In this document: one piece after another, positions 1-12,067 of the stretch | Layout of the letters: every line of letters starts with the position of its first letter | How positions within the stretch are numbered: the first letter of the stretch is position 1 | Source of the DNA: the human T2T-CHM13v2.0 reference genome, Homo sapiens | DNA: 64,000 bases | Direction: 5' to 3' (one strand) | Assembly: GCF_009914755.1 (NCBI RefSeq) | Contig: NC_060925.1 | Program-made: the position numbers and the translations under genes | The notes under the pieces: generated by a model | What the model saw: only the letters and a program-made list of their open reading frames with translations | What the model was told of the DNA's origin: nothing | The model's database searches: none

Positions 1-114
1 TCATAGATCCATAAGACAGTCTTTGAAAACCATGGAGACTAGAAGAGCTTCTCTGATGGGCAAAAAGACATTAAAAAGAGGTGAAGATGAGGCTAGCATA
101 TTTACAGGTGGCTA

Positions 115-310
115 AGTGACTAGTATGTGCCTGTGGCTTTACTTATATTATCGTAATCTTTCAAATTACCCCACAAAGAGGCTCTTATTTCATTTTATAC
201 ATAAGAAAACTGACAGTCAGGAAAGTTAGTTAATTTGTCTAAGTTTGCAGAGCTAGTAAATGGCAGAGCAGGGATTTAAATCTAAGTCTGTTGGACTCAC
301 AGCCCATAAG
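115..310 (-). mobile_element. MIR SINE fragment
   Basis: 'cattttatacataagaaaactgacagtcaggaaagttagttaatttgtctaagtttgcagagctagtaaatggcagagcagggatttaaatctaagtctg' matches the reverse complement of the MIR core. Confidence 0.75.
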
Positions 311-1732
311 CTTTCCAGTATGCAAAACAAAATGATGTTGAATATATAAACGAACAGTATTATTTCTGTTTCCTTCTGCTAATACGTGTGACTAATGGGC
401 TTCTAAGTATATGCCAGAGATGATCAAGTTGCTGCTGGGCCTCTAGTGAAGAAGGTGTGCTGGACCTGTGTGTAATTATAAATGTATTCATTCTGCACAT
501 ATTTCCTGAGGCTCTTCCATGTTTGTGATATTTTGTAGAGTTCTGACAGGTGATGCAAAGGTGACTGCATCTACAACTTAAATACTGCATGCAGGACGGA
601 TCATTGAATTGTAAGAATGACTTAACAGCAAAGACTCAGGAAAGACTAGTACAGTAAGCAAGAGCATCTAGGGTGGAGGCATGTGTTGCATATGCATCAC
701 AATGAAGATGGTGACCTTTTAGTCTGAAAATACAAAGGCTGGGAGGGGCTTGGGGGGATACCAGATGAGAAGTCAGTTGACCATTTAGACTTTTCTTTCC
801 AAGTAAATACATTTAATACTTCAGCATCCCCTTTTGTGAGGATCCTGGGAAACTAACTTTATTTTTGGTGTCTTGGTTTTCTTATTTGTATCACAGGCAT
901 AATAATATCTTCTTTACTTATCTAACGTAATTATTTTAAGACTCAACTTGAGAAACTCAGAAAGTTTTCAGTTCTAAACTAATAAAAGGAAGCATCAACT
1001 CTATGAAATTAGAATTAGTCCATAGGGACCTTTAGATCTAATTGGGGTGATATGAGAAGTAGACAAATACAGTGTATTATGATCCAACAGCTCCAAATTA
1101 TAGGGATCAGATTAAAGGCTATGATAGTCCAGTGGGGAATTCATATCTAACTGGGAACTGAGCATGGTCCTTTGCTTAGAATTAGATATACTATTTATTT
1201 TAAACCCCAAAAGGCTTGGTAACATGTTATGGGCAAATGTTTATTAAATGTGAGATGTTTACCAAATGATGACATTGTAGGTTTCTGATTCTAAGTCATT
1301 TAATCTGGATGTAAGCAGCAAATATATTATGAAATTCCCATAAAGGAAATCCAGAGTTTAAATGATGATCTGACTTTGGGGCATTCTTATTTTTATTTTT
1401 ATTTTTTTGCAAGCAAGAAAAAAGGTATGGGAAGTGAGCCACAAGCTGTTTTAGGAAGGAGGTTGTGTATGGTAAAGGTGCATCCCTGCTGCATTTCAAT
1501 ATTTAAAACCCGAGGAGACCTATGGAGACCACAGACAGATGTAGCATTCTGGTTATTTTCTTTTTATTGCTTTCTGGAAGGTATTCATCTTGCAGTGTCT
1601 TACAGTACCATAAGGTACTCTCTACTATCCAGTATCCCATTACCAGGGCATTTTCAATTGCTAAAAACTCCCAGAAACAACTTCATGTTAACTGAGGCTC
1701 ATAAAGATGAGATGTCAGCCCTATAATATGTT

Positions 1733-1822
1733 TCTCCCATCCAAGTACAAAACAGGCCTGACCCTGCTTAGCTTTCGAGATCAGACGAGATCAGGCACCT
1801 TCAGAGTGGTATGGCTGTAGAC
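1733..1822 (-). pseudogene. 5S rRNA pseudogene (nt 1-90, 3'-truncated, tailless)
   Basis: Reverse complement reads GTCTACAGCCATACCACTCTGAAGGTGCCTGATCTCGTCTGATCTCGAAAGCTAAGCAGGGTCAGGCCTGTTTTGTACTTGGATGGGAGA, ~90% identical to 5S rRNA; direct repeat TATAATATGTTTCT at 1722-1735 and 1825-1838. Confidence 0.95.
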
Positions 1823-3228
1823 CTTATAATATGTTTCTAAAGCAACTTCTGAATCATCAGAATATGATTAATTATGTTCAGAATCAACTTTATGCCAAAA
1901 ATGTTGTGTTCTAAATAGCTCATAACAGGTAGTTTAGATTATTTCAATTCTGTGTTTCTAATGATCAGTTTTTTGCCTGTACTGAATAAAGGAAGTTACT
2001 GTATTATTAACCTAGATATGTCATAGGTTCACAGAAATTCAAATTTAGATCACATTAATAAAGTTGCAAATTTTAAGAGTTAAATGCTGTCCACAAGGTG
2101 AGACTCAAGATATGAGAAAAGAAGAGATATGATTCAAGTGGTTGGAATAGATAATGGATAATTCATATTTACCTAACTATCATTATTAATGCAGTCTAAT
2201 TGTTAAGGATATTGAGAACTCAATGGCACACTGAAGGGAGAAGAACTTAAGCTAGTAACATAATGGCCAGGACCAGGGAAAGAAATTTGGTTAGGGAGCT
2301 TACCTCCTGGGGTGGTCATTAGTCTAAATCTTAATATTCAAGTGGTCGTGACATTGTTCCATGTCACTCCAATCTGGTGGAGTGACATGGCGGCAGGAAA
2401 TTCACTTTATATACTATTCTGGGTTGGTAGCTACTCTATGATTATTTGGAGAAAAATGTTAGCCAGAATTTGTGGTGTGGTTGTCTGGAACTCAGAGCCA
2501 AGCAGACGTTTGGGGCCCCAGAATGATGCACAGAAATTTGGGACTGGGGAACTGTAGTGCCACCAGTACACCAAGGCAGAATCCTTACTCTAAAGAGGGA
2601 TCAAAATGGATGATAAAGTTAGATGGGAAGGCTGAAGCTTAGAGGACACAACAGTGTCCAGGCCATCAGTCTTTAGGTGTACCAGATTTGGTCCTATATT
2701 TTGGGGCTGAATCTGCAGAGCAGCAGGCAAATAGGACTTCAGTTGTAAGGATGGTACTAAATTTTCCTTATCTATTCTGCTGGCTGCCAACTTTCTGCTC
2801 TGACAGAGTTCTCTCAAAGAGGAAGGGTGAGAAGTGGTCAGGCAGCCACTATAGACATTGTTTCATTTTGAGGTTTTTCAGAATTTTTTCCTAACTATAA
2901 CTTTTGGTTGAACCAATCCATTCTAAATCTTTACATGCTACAGAAGAGATAAATGGGTAGGAGATAATGCTGTAGTTAGAGCAATTGCGGAAGGATTTTT
3001 GTTGTTGTTGCAAGTGTAAAAATAGTATAAATGAGGTAAAATGAGATGAATTTGAGAGAAAAAAATCTCATATCCACACATAATTTCGTTTCTGTTATAC
3101 AACTACTAACATTTTAGGGTTATTTCCATGATAGGCTAACTTTTTAATTTTCATCTAGGAATTTACAAGGACATAGATTTAGTCTGAACATTAGTCGTCC
3201 TCAAAATGAGTAGCTTAAAAACTTCTCA

Positions 3229-3560
3229 GCTGGGCGCAATGGCCCACGCCTGTAATCCTAGCACTTTGGGAAGCTGAGGCAGGAGGATCACTTGAAGCTA
3301 GGAGTTTGACACCAGTCTTGGCATCATAGTGAAACCCTGTCTCTACAAAAAATAAAATATTAGCTGGCCATGGTGGTGTGTGGCTGTAGTCTTAGCTACT
3401 CGGGAAACTGAGGCAGGAGGATCACTTGAGCCCAGGAGTTCGGAGCTGAAGTAAGCTATGATTGCAACACTGCACTCCAGCAGGAGCAACAGAAAAAGAC
3501 TCTGTCTCAAAAAAACCCACAAACAAACAAACAAACAAAAACAACCAAACAACAATAACA
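3229..3560 (+). mobile_element. Alu (AluJ-like), full length
   Basis: Dimeric Alu, 'ggaggatcacttgag' in the right arm, (CAAA)n tail; TSD AAAAACTTCTCA at 3217-3228 and 3561-3572. Confidence 0.93.
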
Positions 3561-3596
3561 AAAAACTTCTCAAGTTTGCTATGGTTTTAAAAGCCA

Positions 3597-4102
3597 AGTG
3601 GAATCTTTATCTCCCCATTTGAACTTGAGGGGGTAGTTAGGGGAGAGGGAGACATTTGTGACTGCCTTGATGAAGAAAATGTGGCAGAAGTTAATACAGC
3701 CTGACTTCTGAGGCTCTGTTAGAAAAGGCCATTGCAACTCCTGGTTACTTTTGGGAAATTCTCTCTGAGAAACTTGAGTTGCTATGTGAGAAGCCCAGCC
3801 ACCATGAGACCAGCATGTAGAGACACCACGGAAAGATCACTTCTAGAGGGATGCCCAAGGACCCCCAGATGTTCTAGTCCCAGCTGTTTTGGGTGTTCCC
3901 AGTCCAAGCAGGAGACATGTAAGTAAAGGAAACTTTGGGTGACCCAGCCACTCTCTCGCTGCAATCTCACTAGAGACACTTGAGCAAGAACTGTCTCACT
4001 GACCCCGTCAAACCTCAGATTTATTAACAAAATTAATGTGTATGACTGTTTTAAGCCACGGTTCTGAGGGTAGTTATTACCTGGCCATAGATAACCAGAA
4101 CA
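3597..4102 (+). mobile_element. MaLR MLT1-type solo LTR
   Basis: 'tgtggcagaag...gacttctgaggct', 'ctatgtgagaagccc', 3' end 'tgttttaagccac...atagataaccagaaca'. Confidence 0.7.
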
Positions 4103-4289
4103 CAGCCTGAGGAACATGGCTATGGACTCTGCTTCCTGACGGAAGGCAAAGGGTACTGGGATAACATACAGATTGATCCTTACTGCAGCAATACATCCTC
4201 TTTTCCACTTACTTATTTTATACTGCTCTTCCTTTTCCTATCCTGATTCCATGGCCAACAACAAAAGTTTATTGCATTCACTGCACTTT

Positions 4290-4628
4290 TTTTCAGGGCA
4301 CATAGGAAGACTCCTAGAAGGTTCCTAGCCTCTTTTGCAGTTAGGGTGAGGCCATGTGCCTGAGCTCTGGCCAATGGAATGTTGGCAGAAGTGATGAAAA
4401 CCTCTTTCATGCCTGGTCCTAAAAACTTCTTGTGTAATATTTGGATACTGTCTTCTTTTTCAGCAGTGACCTTGGAGGTCACATGTTTCAAAGGATGTAG
4501 GAGGGCACCTTAACCCACATCGATTGTGAAGCAAGTGAGAAATAAACTTCTATTTGGCTAAACCTCTCAGATGTTAAGTGTTGAAGCCATGTGTTTAGTA
4601 GCGAGTTAACATTACTGTAACTTGTACA
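4290..4628 (+). mobile_element. Old ERVL/MaLR LTR (LTR16/MLT1J-like)
   Basis: 'gcctcttttgcagttagggtgaggccatgtgcctgagctctggccaatggaatgttggcagaagtgatg' and 'gagaaataaacttc'. Confidence 0.55.
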
Positions 4629-5479
4629 GATCTTTTGACCTGACTCAATTTTTGCTGGTGCAGAAGACACACAGGAGGAACAATCCTTTCTTCTGAATAC
4701 CTCACAAAGCTTCCAGCCTGTCCTGACATTCATTTCCAACCCTCCCGTAGGGCATGTGGAAGATGCTCAAAAAGTGATCTCTAAGCCCCACTCTCTTTGT
4801 TACACCTATCTCCATCTGAAAAAAAAAATCAAATTTCTAAACTTTTCTAAGGAAACTTGTTTCCCCTGCCATCGGGGCCAATGACTTACAAAGTAGAGAC
4901 TAAAATACTGAAAAATATTTCATAACTGAATTTTCTCTCCTAAAGAAATTACACTAATAAACTTCCAAAACAAGGGAAGTAAGAGACGGAGAGAGAAGTG
5001 TAGAGAATACTTCTATCAGCCTCCCAAAAGAAGAGTGATCTTTCTCAGATACACTGTTTTCTTTTGTGTGTGAGTTAAATTAAAATACATTTTCCATAGA
5101 TCAGCCAACGTCTGAATGAAAGGCCAAATCAGGAAAGAGTGAGCCTGTCTAGAAAATAAAACAGTGGTGTATAAAAGTTAAGCATTAACCTGGTTTTGCA
5201 GCTGTAGCGTTCTCCAGGGAGCTGTGTATTTTCTATCCTTGTTCTTCCCAGAGAAAAGAGAAAGAAAATAGCATCCTCAAATGCTCTTCTAATTCTCACA
5301 GTCATTACCTCTTTCCCTCTTGCTCCTTATTTCTCTCTCTCACATACAAGCACACACACATTACAGTTTCTAATCATCCACCAACACAAGAGAATAATGG
5401 ACATCCTTTGCCATAAGACAGCTAAAAGGTGATGGGGGTGGGGAAGAGGGGCAAACTACCCTTTGCCCCAGGAGGGAGC

Positions 5480-6250
5480 TCTTCTGACCCGAAGGTAATA
5501 GCGCAACACTGCCCCACAGGTCATTGGACCCCACAGTTAAGAAAAAATGCTGGCACGGGCGATAAAAGGGATATAATGAAAATGTAAACGAAAAACTTTA
5601 TACCAGGCATGGCCTGACAGAGGGAAGATTGATATCCCATCATGCTTTGTCTTGATGAGACAATGAAAAATAACCACCACAGCAGCTGTGTCAATATCAG
5701 ACTTGGTAATGCACCACTGGCTGTGGGTTTTTATTTAATCCGCTTTGCTTTAAGATGATAACGGTTGTTACTTTTCAGTGCCTGTCTGTCAGCGCCCAGC
5801 ATTGCAATATTCCTCCGCAGCTCTGCGAGCGGGTTTCATTTATTTTAAAATACCATTTCACACACTGCTGACTTTTAACAGTGTTCTGTGTGAGTTTGTG
5901 AGATTGAATAGTGACAGAAACAACACTTTTTATGAGAATACAGAATATTAAAAACGGGGCACAATATACAGATGGCAGTTTTCACTACAGCTTGTTTTTT
6001 TCCCCCTTGCTTCTGCTACTGAGCTTTCCCACTGAATGCATTTGTAGTAACACCATAAATGTCACTTTCACTGACTGCCTTTTGGCATTTTATTTAAATG
6101 GAATTCAGCTCTGGCTTGCTGCTGCCGCTGTTGCTGCTGCCGTTACTGACTTGTTTTTAGGGTGGCTCCCCGTTTTACAAAATCATCCCGTTGGCTTCCT
6201 TCCTCATGGCCCCCAAAAAGGAAATATATGAAAAACCTCTCAAACCGTAA
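5480..6250. promoter_or_regulatory. Candidate conserved non-coding element / enhancer
   Basis: No recognisable repeat, several retained CpGs, clustered TGACAG/CTGTCA (5615, 5786, 5912), E-boxes CAGCTG (5683) and CAGATG (5969), TAATCC (5736); function is inferred. Confidence 0.35.
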
Positions 6251-7237
6251 ACCCTTGGCAAAGACTCAAAGTCCAAGGATTCTGAAAGACTTTACCAGGG
6301 AGATTACTGTAGCCATATGTGTTTGGTCTTCGCAGCCATGGCTCAGTGGAAAACACTTCTGAACTATAGGAATACTCCTGATTGGGAGCTAAGATACTTC
6401 ATCAGTGGGGAGGGGAGGGAGGACCAGCACACAGAGACCATTTTCCACTGAATGCGACGGAAAACACTTGGAGAGACAGGGCTCTGAGTGACTTATCTAG
6501 GCCTAGTTTCTATTATTACTGACTTGAAATACTTCGGTTGGGACGTTTTACCCGGGCCCTGGCTTCTCTCCATCGTTCCTATCTTGGCAGGTACATGCTT
6601 ATGCTGCTGGAACTCGAGACAGGTAGAGAGGTGGTATGTTGCTGCCAACATGATGTTGACATGTGCAGATTCCCCTCTCTCCTTTTACTCCTGCACAAAA
6701 CATCCATTGCTTCATCAGTTCCAGACACTAAGTAGAATAGACAGGGGTAGTGAAGCCTTTTCCCGGGAGAACCTGTAATTTGGGGAAAGCTGGCTTCTTG
6801 ACTAGGTCAAATGAGACTAGAAATGATCTGCTTAATCCAGCCATATAGATGTGTCCACATCTCACAGTCTTAGGCCTGAATCAAAGAGCCTAAGAGATTT
6901 CTAGCTGAGAGCTCAAATTTTCAGAAAATTGGAATTTTTCATAGAAAAAAAGTAAAGAAAGTATAATTCAAAGCCTCAGTTCTAGCCTCTGGACTGTAAC
7001 ATTCATCACCTTTGTGTACAACTCCCTTTAGAAACAAGCAAAGCTGGGAATATTTGGTAGGTTCATAAGCATTTTTACAGACTGGACCAGTTTTTGAAGA
7101 TGTCTGAAAGTCTGTCTTAATCTCTTTGTATCCTTTTAATTATAAAAGTTAGAGTTGGTAAGGGGTGGGAGGCTAGGGAGATACCCACAAAATAAACTTT
7201 TGAATCTCTTTGTTTTGAATTATTTATGCTTCTTTTC

Positions 7238-7549
7238 TTTCTTTCTTTCTTTCTTTCTTTTTTTTTTTTTGAGACAGAGTATTGCTCTGCCGCCCAGGCT
7301 GGAGTGCAGTGGCCATCTGGGCTCACTGCAAGCTCCGTCTCCTGGGATCACACCATTCTCCTGCCTAAGCCTCCCGAGTAGCTGGGACTACAGGTGCCTG
7401 CCACCACGCCCGGCTAATTTTTTGAATTTTTAGTAGAGACGGGGTTTCACCTTGTTAACCAGGATGGTCTCGATCTTCTGACCTCGTGATCTGCCCATCT
7501 TGGCCTCCCAAGGTGTTGGGATTACAGGCGTGAGCCACTGCGCCCAGCC
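7238..7549 (-). mobile_element. Alu (AluY-like)
   Basis: 'ctgcaagctcc', 'ccattctcc', 'ctgacctcgtgatc' diagnostics; (CTTT)n/T tail; TSD TGCTT(C/A)TTTTC at 7227-7237 and 7550-7560. Confidence 0.93.
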
Positions 7550-7799
7550 TGCTTATTTTCAAATTAACTTCTATAAACCTGGCAGAAGTACTGAAGTAAA
7601 TAAAGATAACATGACAGTAAGTTAGGTCATCACAATATTTAAATAAATGTATGAAATGAAACTACTCAAGACCCTATATCGAGAAATAAAGGATATAAAA
7701 AAAGAGAAAATGGAAGTGGAATCCAGGCAGAGACAACATCTCATACTATTTCTGTATTTCGAATAACACCTAACACAGAAGTCTGTCTCTTCATAGGCA

Positions 7800-8390
7800 T
7801 TCGCATCTCAGTGAATGGAAAAAACATCTAAACAATTTTCTTAGACAAAAGTCTTGGGTGTCATTCTTAACTCTTCCTTGTTTGGCAACTTCTCTTCCAA
7901 TCAATCACTAAGTTCTGACAAGAGATCCACTTAATGTGATTTAAATGCATCTGTTTCTCTGCATCCCCACTGCTCTCATGTTAATGTGTATCATTGCTGA
8001 TGCAGCAGTAGTTTCCTTGTCTTCTTTTTTTCTTCAGATCCATCCTTAATAATGTCACCTGAATAATATTCTAAAACAAACATCTAGTCATGCACCATTC
8101 TTTGTATATTAGACATCATGAAAAAAGTTTTCTCTGAGTACTTGAGCTCATAGCAATCTCTATCCTCGTTTACTTACTGTAAATGTCTCTCATTTGACTT
8201 GGTCTGTGTTTATTGTCCTTTTAAAATCTTCCCATATGCATATGTCTTTTCTCCTCCTTAGAATGTAAGAGATCACATTCATGTTTTTTTGGTACACTCT
8301 ATAATACCAAGTTGGGTGTTGGGCCCAGTACCATGACATCAATAAATGATCAATAAATATTCATAGAGTTTGCTAAATATTTGAATTGGT
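7800..8390 (+). mobile_element. L2 LINE fragments
   Basis: 'ctcagtgaatgg...gtcattcttaactcttcc...caatcactaagttctg' and 3'-end-like 'ttagaatgtaag...caataaatatt'. Confidence 0.5.
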
Positions 8391-8687
8391 CTAGCATGTA
8401 GTGTAGCCCCTGATAGAGTTAGCCCTAATAAACCTGTTGAATCTAAGGCACTAGTAATTATGCAGCAAAAGAGAAGCTCTCCATTATGTATGGTGGTAAC
8501 CAGGATGTTTAGCCAAGCTTAGAAGTGGGGGAAAAAAGCCCCTGTATGAGCATAGAAATCTGGGTTTGCCTAGAAAATATGGTATTTCTACCTCCAAATC
8601 TTTTGCTTCACAACATAGCATTTTTTTTTTTTTTTTTTTAGTTTGAGACTTGAATTGAGCTCAGCGACTCTTCTCTGGGGCTGTTTA

Positions 8688-9966
8688 TTTATTTGTTCAT
8701 TTTATTCAGTTTTATTTTAGGCTCAGAGATACATGTGGAGGTTTGTTATATACAAAAATTGAATGTTGCAAGGGTTTGGTGTACAGATTATTTTGTCACC
8801 CAGGTAATCGGCATAGTACCTGATAAAAAGGTTTTTGACCCTCACCCTCAAGTAGGCCCTCGTGTATGTTGTCCCTTTCCTTGTGTCCATGTGTACTCAA
8901 TGTTTAGTTCCCACTTAAAAGGGAGAACATGCGGTATTTGGTTTTCTGTTCCTATGTTAGTTTGCTTAGGATAATGAACTCCAGCTCCATCCATGTTGCT
9001 GCAAAGGACATGATCTCATTCTTTTTGATGGCTACGTAGTATTCTATGATGAGTATGTAACCCCTAGTTCTTATCCAGTCTACCACTATAATTTTTGTAG
9101 CTACCATTGATAGGCATTTAGGCTGGTTCCATGTCTTTGCTACTGTGAATAGTACTGTGATGAACATATGCAAGAATATGTCTTTGTGGCAGAATGATTT
9201 GTATTCCTTTGGATATATATCCAGTAATGGGATTGCTGGGTCAAATGGTAATTCTGTTTTAAGTTCATTGAGAAATAACCAAATTGTTTTCCACAATAGG
9301 TGAACTAATTTACATTCCCACCAGCAGTGTATAAGTGTTCCCTTTTCTCTACTGCCTTGCCAGTATCTGTTATTTTTTGATTTTTTAAATAATAACTTTT
9401 CTGACTGGTGTGAGTTGTATCTAATCATGATTTTGATTTGCATTTCTCTAATGATTAGTGATGTTGAGCATTTTTTCATACGCTTCTTGGCCTCACATAT
9501 ATCTTCTTTTGAAAAGTGTCTGTTCATATCTTTTGCCAACTTCTTAATGGGATTGTTTTTTTTTTTCTTCTTGTAAATTTGTTTAAGTTTCTTGTAGATT
9601 CTGGATATTAGAACTTTATCAGATGGAAACCATCCATCTGATGCAAACTATCCATCTGATAGTTTGCAAATATTTCCTCCTATTCTGTAGGTTGTCTGTT
9701 TACTCTATTGATAGTTTCTTTTGCTATGTAGAACTCCATAGTTTAATTAGGTCTCCTTTGTCAATTTTTGTTTTTGTTGCAGTTGCTTTTAGTGTCTTTA
9801 TCACGAAATCTTTGCCAGGTCCTATGTCCAGAATGATATTTTCTAGGTTATCTTCCAGGCTTTTTATATTTTTAGGTTTTATATTTAAGTCTTTAATCCA
9901 TCTTGAGTTGATTTTTGTAGATGGTGTAAGAAAAGGGTCCAGCTTCAATCTTCTGTATATGGCTAG
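8688..9966 (-). mobile_element. 5'-truncated L1 (L1PA15/16- or L1PB-like): ORF2 C-terminus + 3'UTR
   Basis: ORF 8952..9539 resembles L1 ORF2p C-terminus ([17 protein letters not shown]); degenerate TSD CTCTGGG(G/A)CT(G/A)TTTA at 8673-8687 and 9967-9981. Confidence 0.9.
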
Positions 9967-11699
9967 CTCTGGGACTATTTAGAAGAGCTAGACACATCTT
10001 CTCTTACCACCTTACTAGTAAGGTAAGGCAGAAAGGGGTGGTGGAGTCTTCCTCCTTTCAAAGGTTTATAAACAGCCTGCTCCTTTCTGGAAGGGAAAAT
10101 TAGAATTGGATACAGTGAAATCTAAGTGAATCTTATCTCTAAATTTTCTTTTCTGGCACTGACTCTTTTATCCTTTAGGATTTTCCATTAATTAAATGTT
10201 AATTAATGTTTATAATTAATTTGAATGTCTAATTTACTTTTTGATGGAAATATCTATTACTTTGACATTTTTGTGTTTATTGGCATAGCATTTCTGCTTT
10301 TTAGGATTTCTGGAAGCTTTCCGTAGTCTGTCTCCGTCTCTTGGTCTTTTGCTTTTTCTCTGTGTGTTTCTCAGCATCTACTCTCCTCAGTTACTATCAG
10401 AGTAATCGTCTTCGTAGGTCCCACCTCTTTTCATGACCTCTGCTTATGATCAGAAGGAAAAAATATCAGAGAGAAAAAAAATCAGCTAAAACAAATTTAC
10501 TCAAACAATAATGCAGCCCCAAACCCTTTTCCTTTAGCATTCATAAGAAATATAAAACTAGGAGCAGAAAAAGGTCACAGAAACAAAGTAAGTCTCAGGG
10601 TAAGCCAGTGGGCCTTCCAGGAAAGGATACTAATTGCCTTCTTCTCCAGGCAAGTGTGACCTGTGTGAATGACAGAAGCTCAAATCCTCTGTGACCCGAG
10701 AAACACTGCCAAGGTGACGTTGTCACAAGAGGAACTGTGAATCAGCTGTTTCTCCAGAGACTTCCTACCAAGTACCATTTTATTTTCAAGAGAAAGAGAC
10801 AAAGTAGCCTCTCTCCTTTCAGACCCCGCCACCCCCTTCACTAGTAAAGCAGTTTCTGAAGTTCTAGGGCTTAAAATGAAAGCTGATAAGAAAGAAAGAA
10901 TGTTTAGAGGCCTTTGAATTCCTAAGCATATAGATATAAACTGCTTTTCCAGAGTTTTGCCTTTGATCAATTCAAGGACCCAACAGCAGACACAATCCCT
11001 GACTCCCCTGTCCCCCATTTTCCAAATCAGTTTCCAGAGCAAAGTTTCTGGACCTGTAGCCACATCAGACTTCCTAAAAATTACAATTCTCTTAAACTAA
11101 CGTTCTTTGCTTTTTCTCAAGATATCATGAGATATTATGGGTGACTATAGACTTCCTCTCTTTTTGTAATCTTCAATGAGGACTTTGATATCTGGGTAAA
11201 ATTCTTCCTGGTCACCCCCAAACTACCTAAAATACTTGAGAGATTCAGTATATTTGTTGACATCACAGCCAATGCCTCCAAATTATGCCTTCTTGCATGC
11301 TTGATTCTAATCATTCTTACATTATCACCCTTTAGCATCTCAGTGATCTATTTTCTGACCCAACCTAAATTCTTTCTTATGTTTTGCTCTTTTACTTACA
11401 CTACACATCTATGCTCTGCTCTAATCGTGACCTCTCATTCCTTGGCTCTTGTTCTGCGAGTCTTTCAGAGCCCCCACACTGCCTGGCTTCCCTTCACTCA
11501 CCATCCAGAACAGTCACCATAATAGTCCATCCTGGGGTCTTTTGGTTGGAATTCTGGACCCCTCACATCCTTGTTCTGCCCCGACAACCCCACTCCCCCA
11601 GAGCCATGCTGCACATTCCTTGTCGACTCCCCATTTTATTTCTCCAAAGCAGCTCTGTCAAGAATTCACTCCATTTAGCAAATTCCCTGCTTCAGTAGC

Positions 11700-12067
11700 T
11701 GATATGGTTTGGCTGTGTCCCCACCCAAATCTCATCTTGAATTGTAACTCCCCTCCCACAATTCCCATGTGTCATGGGAGGAACCCCATGAGAGGTGATT
11801 GAATTATGGGGGTAGGTCTTTCCTGTGCTGTTCTTGTGACAGTAAATGAGTCTCACGAGATCTGATGGTTTGATAAGGGAAAACCCATTTTGCTTGGCTC
11901 TCATTCTCTCTTTTGCTGCTGCCATGTGAGATGTGTCTTTCACCTTCTGCCATGATTGTGAGTCCTCCCCAGCTATGTGGAACTATAAGTCCAATAAACC
12001 TCTTTCTTTTGTAAATTGCCCAGTCTCAGGTATGTCTTTATCAGCAGCATGAAAATGGACTAATATA
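11700..12067 (+). mobile_element. THE1 (THE1C-like) 5' LTR
   Basis: Starts TGATATGGTTTGGCTGTGTCCCCACCCAAATCTCATC, ends GGACTAATATA; near-TSD GTAGC (11695-11699) / GCAGC (15075-15079) brackets the whole element. Confidence 0.92.

Noticed and set aside
1733-1822. Functional 5S rRNA gene (also 42755-42843)
   Set aside because: Lacks the 3' ~30 nt and the Pol III terminator, carries many substitutions, and is flanked by TSDs.
5911-6231. 106-aa ORF with AAAAVAAAV run
   Set aside because: GTG start, no recognisable domain, no convincing splice pair; the Ala run is a short GCT/GCC repeat.
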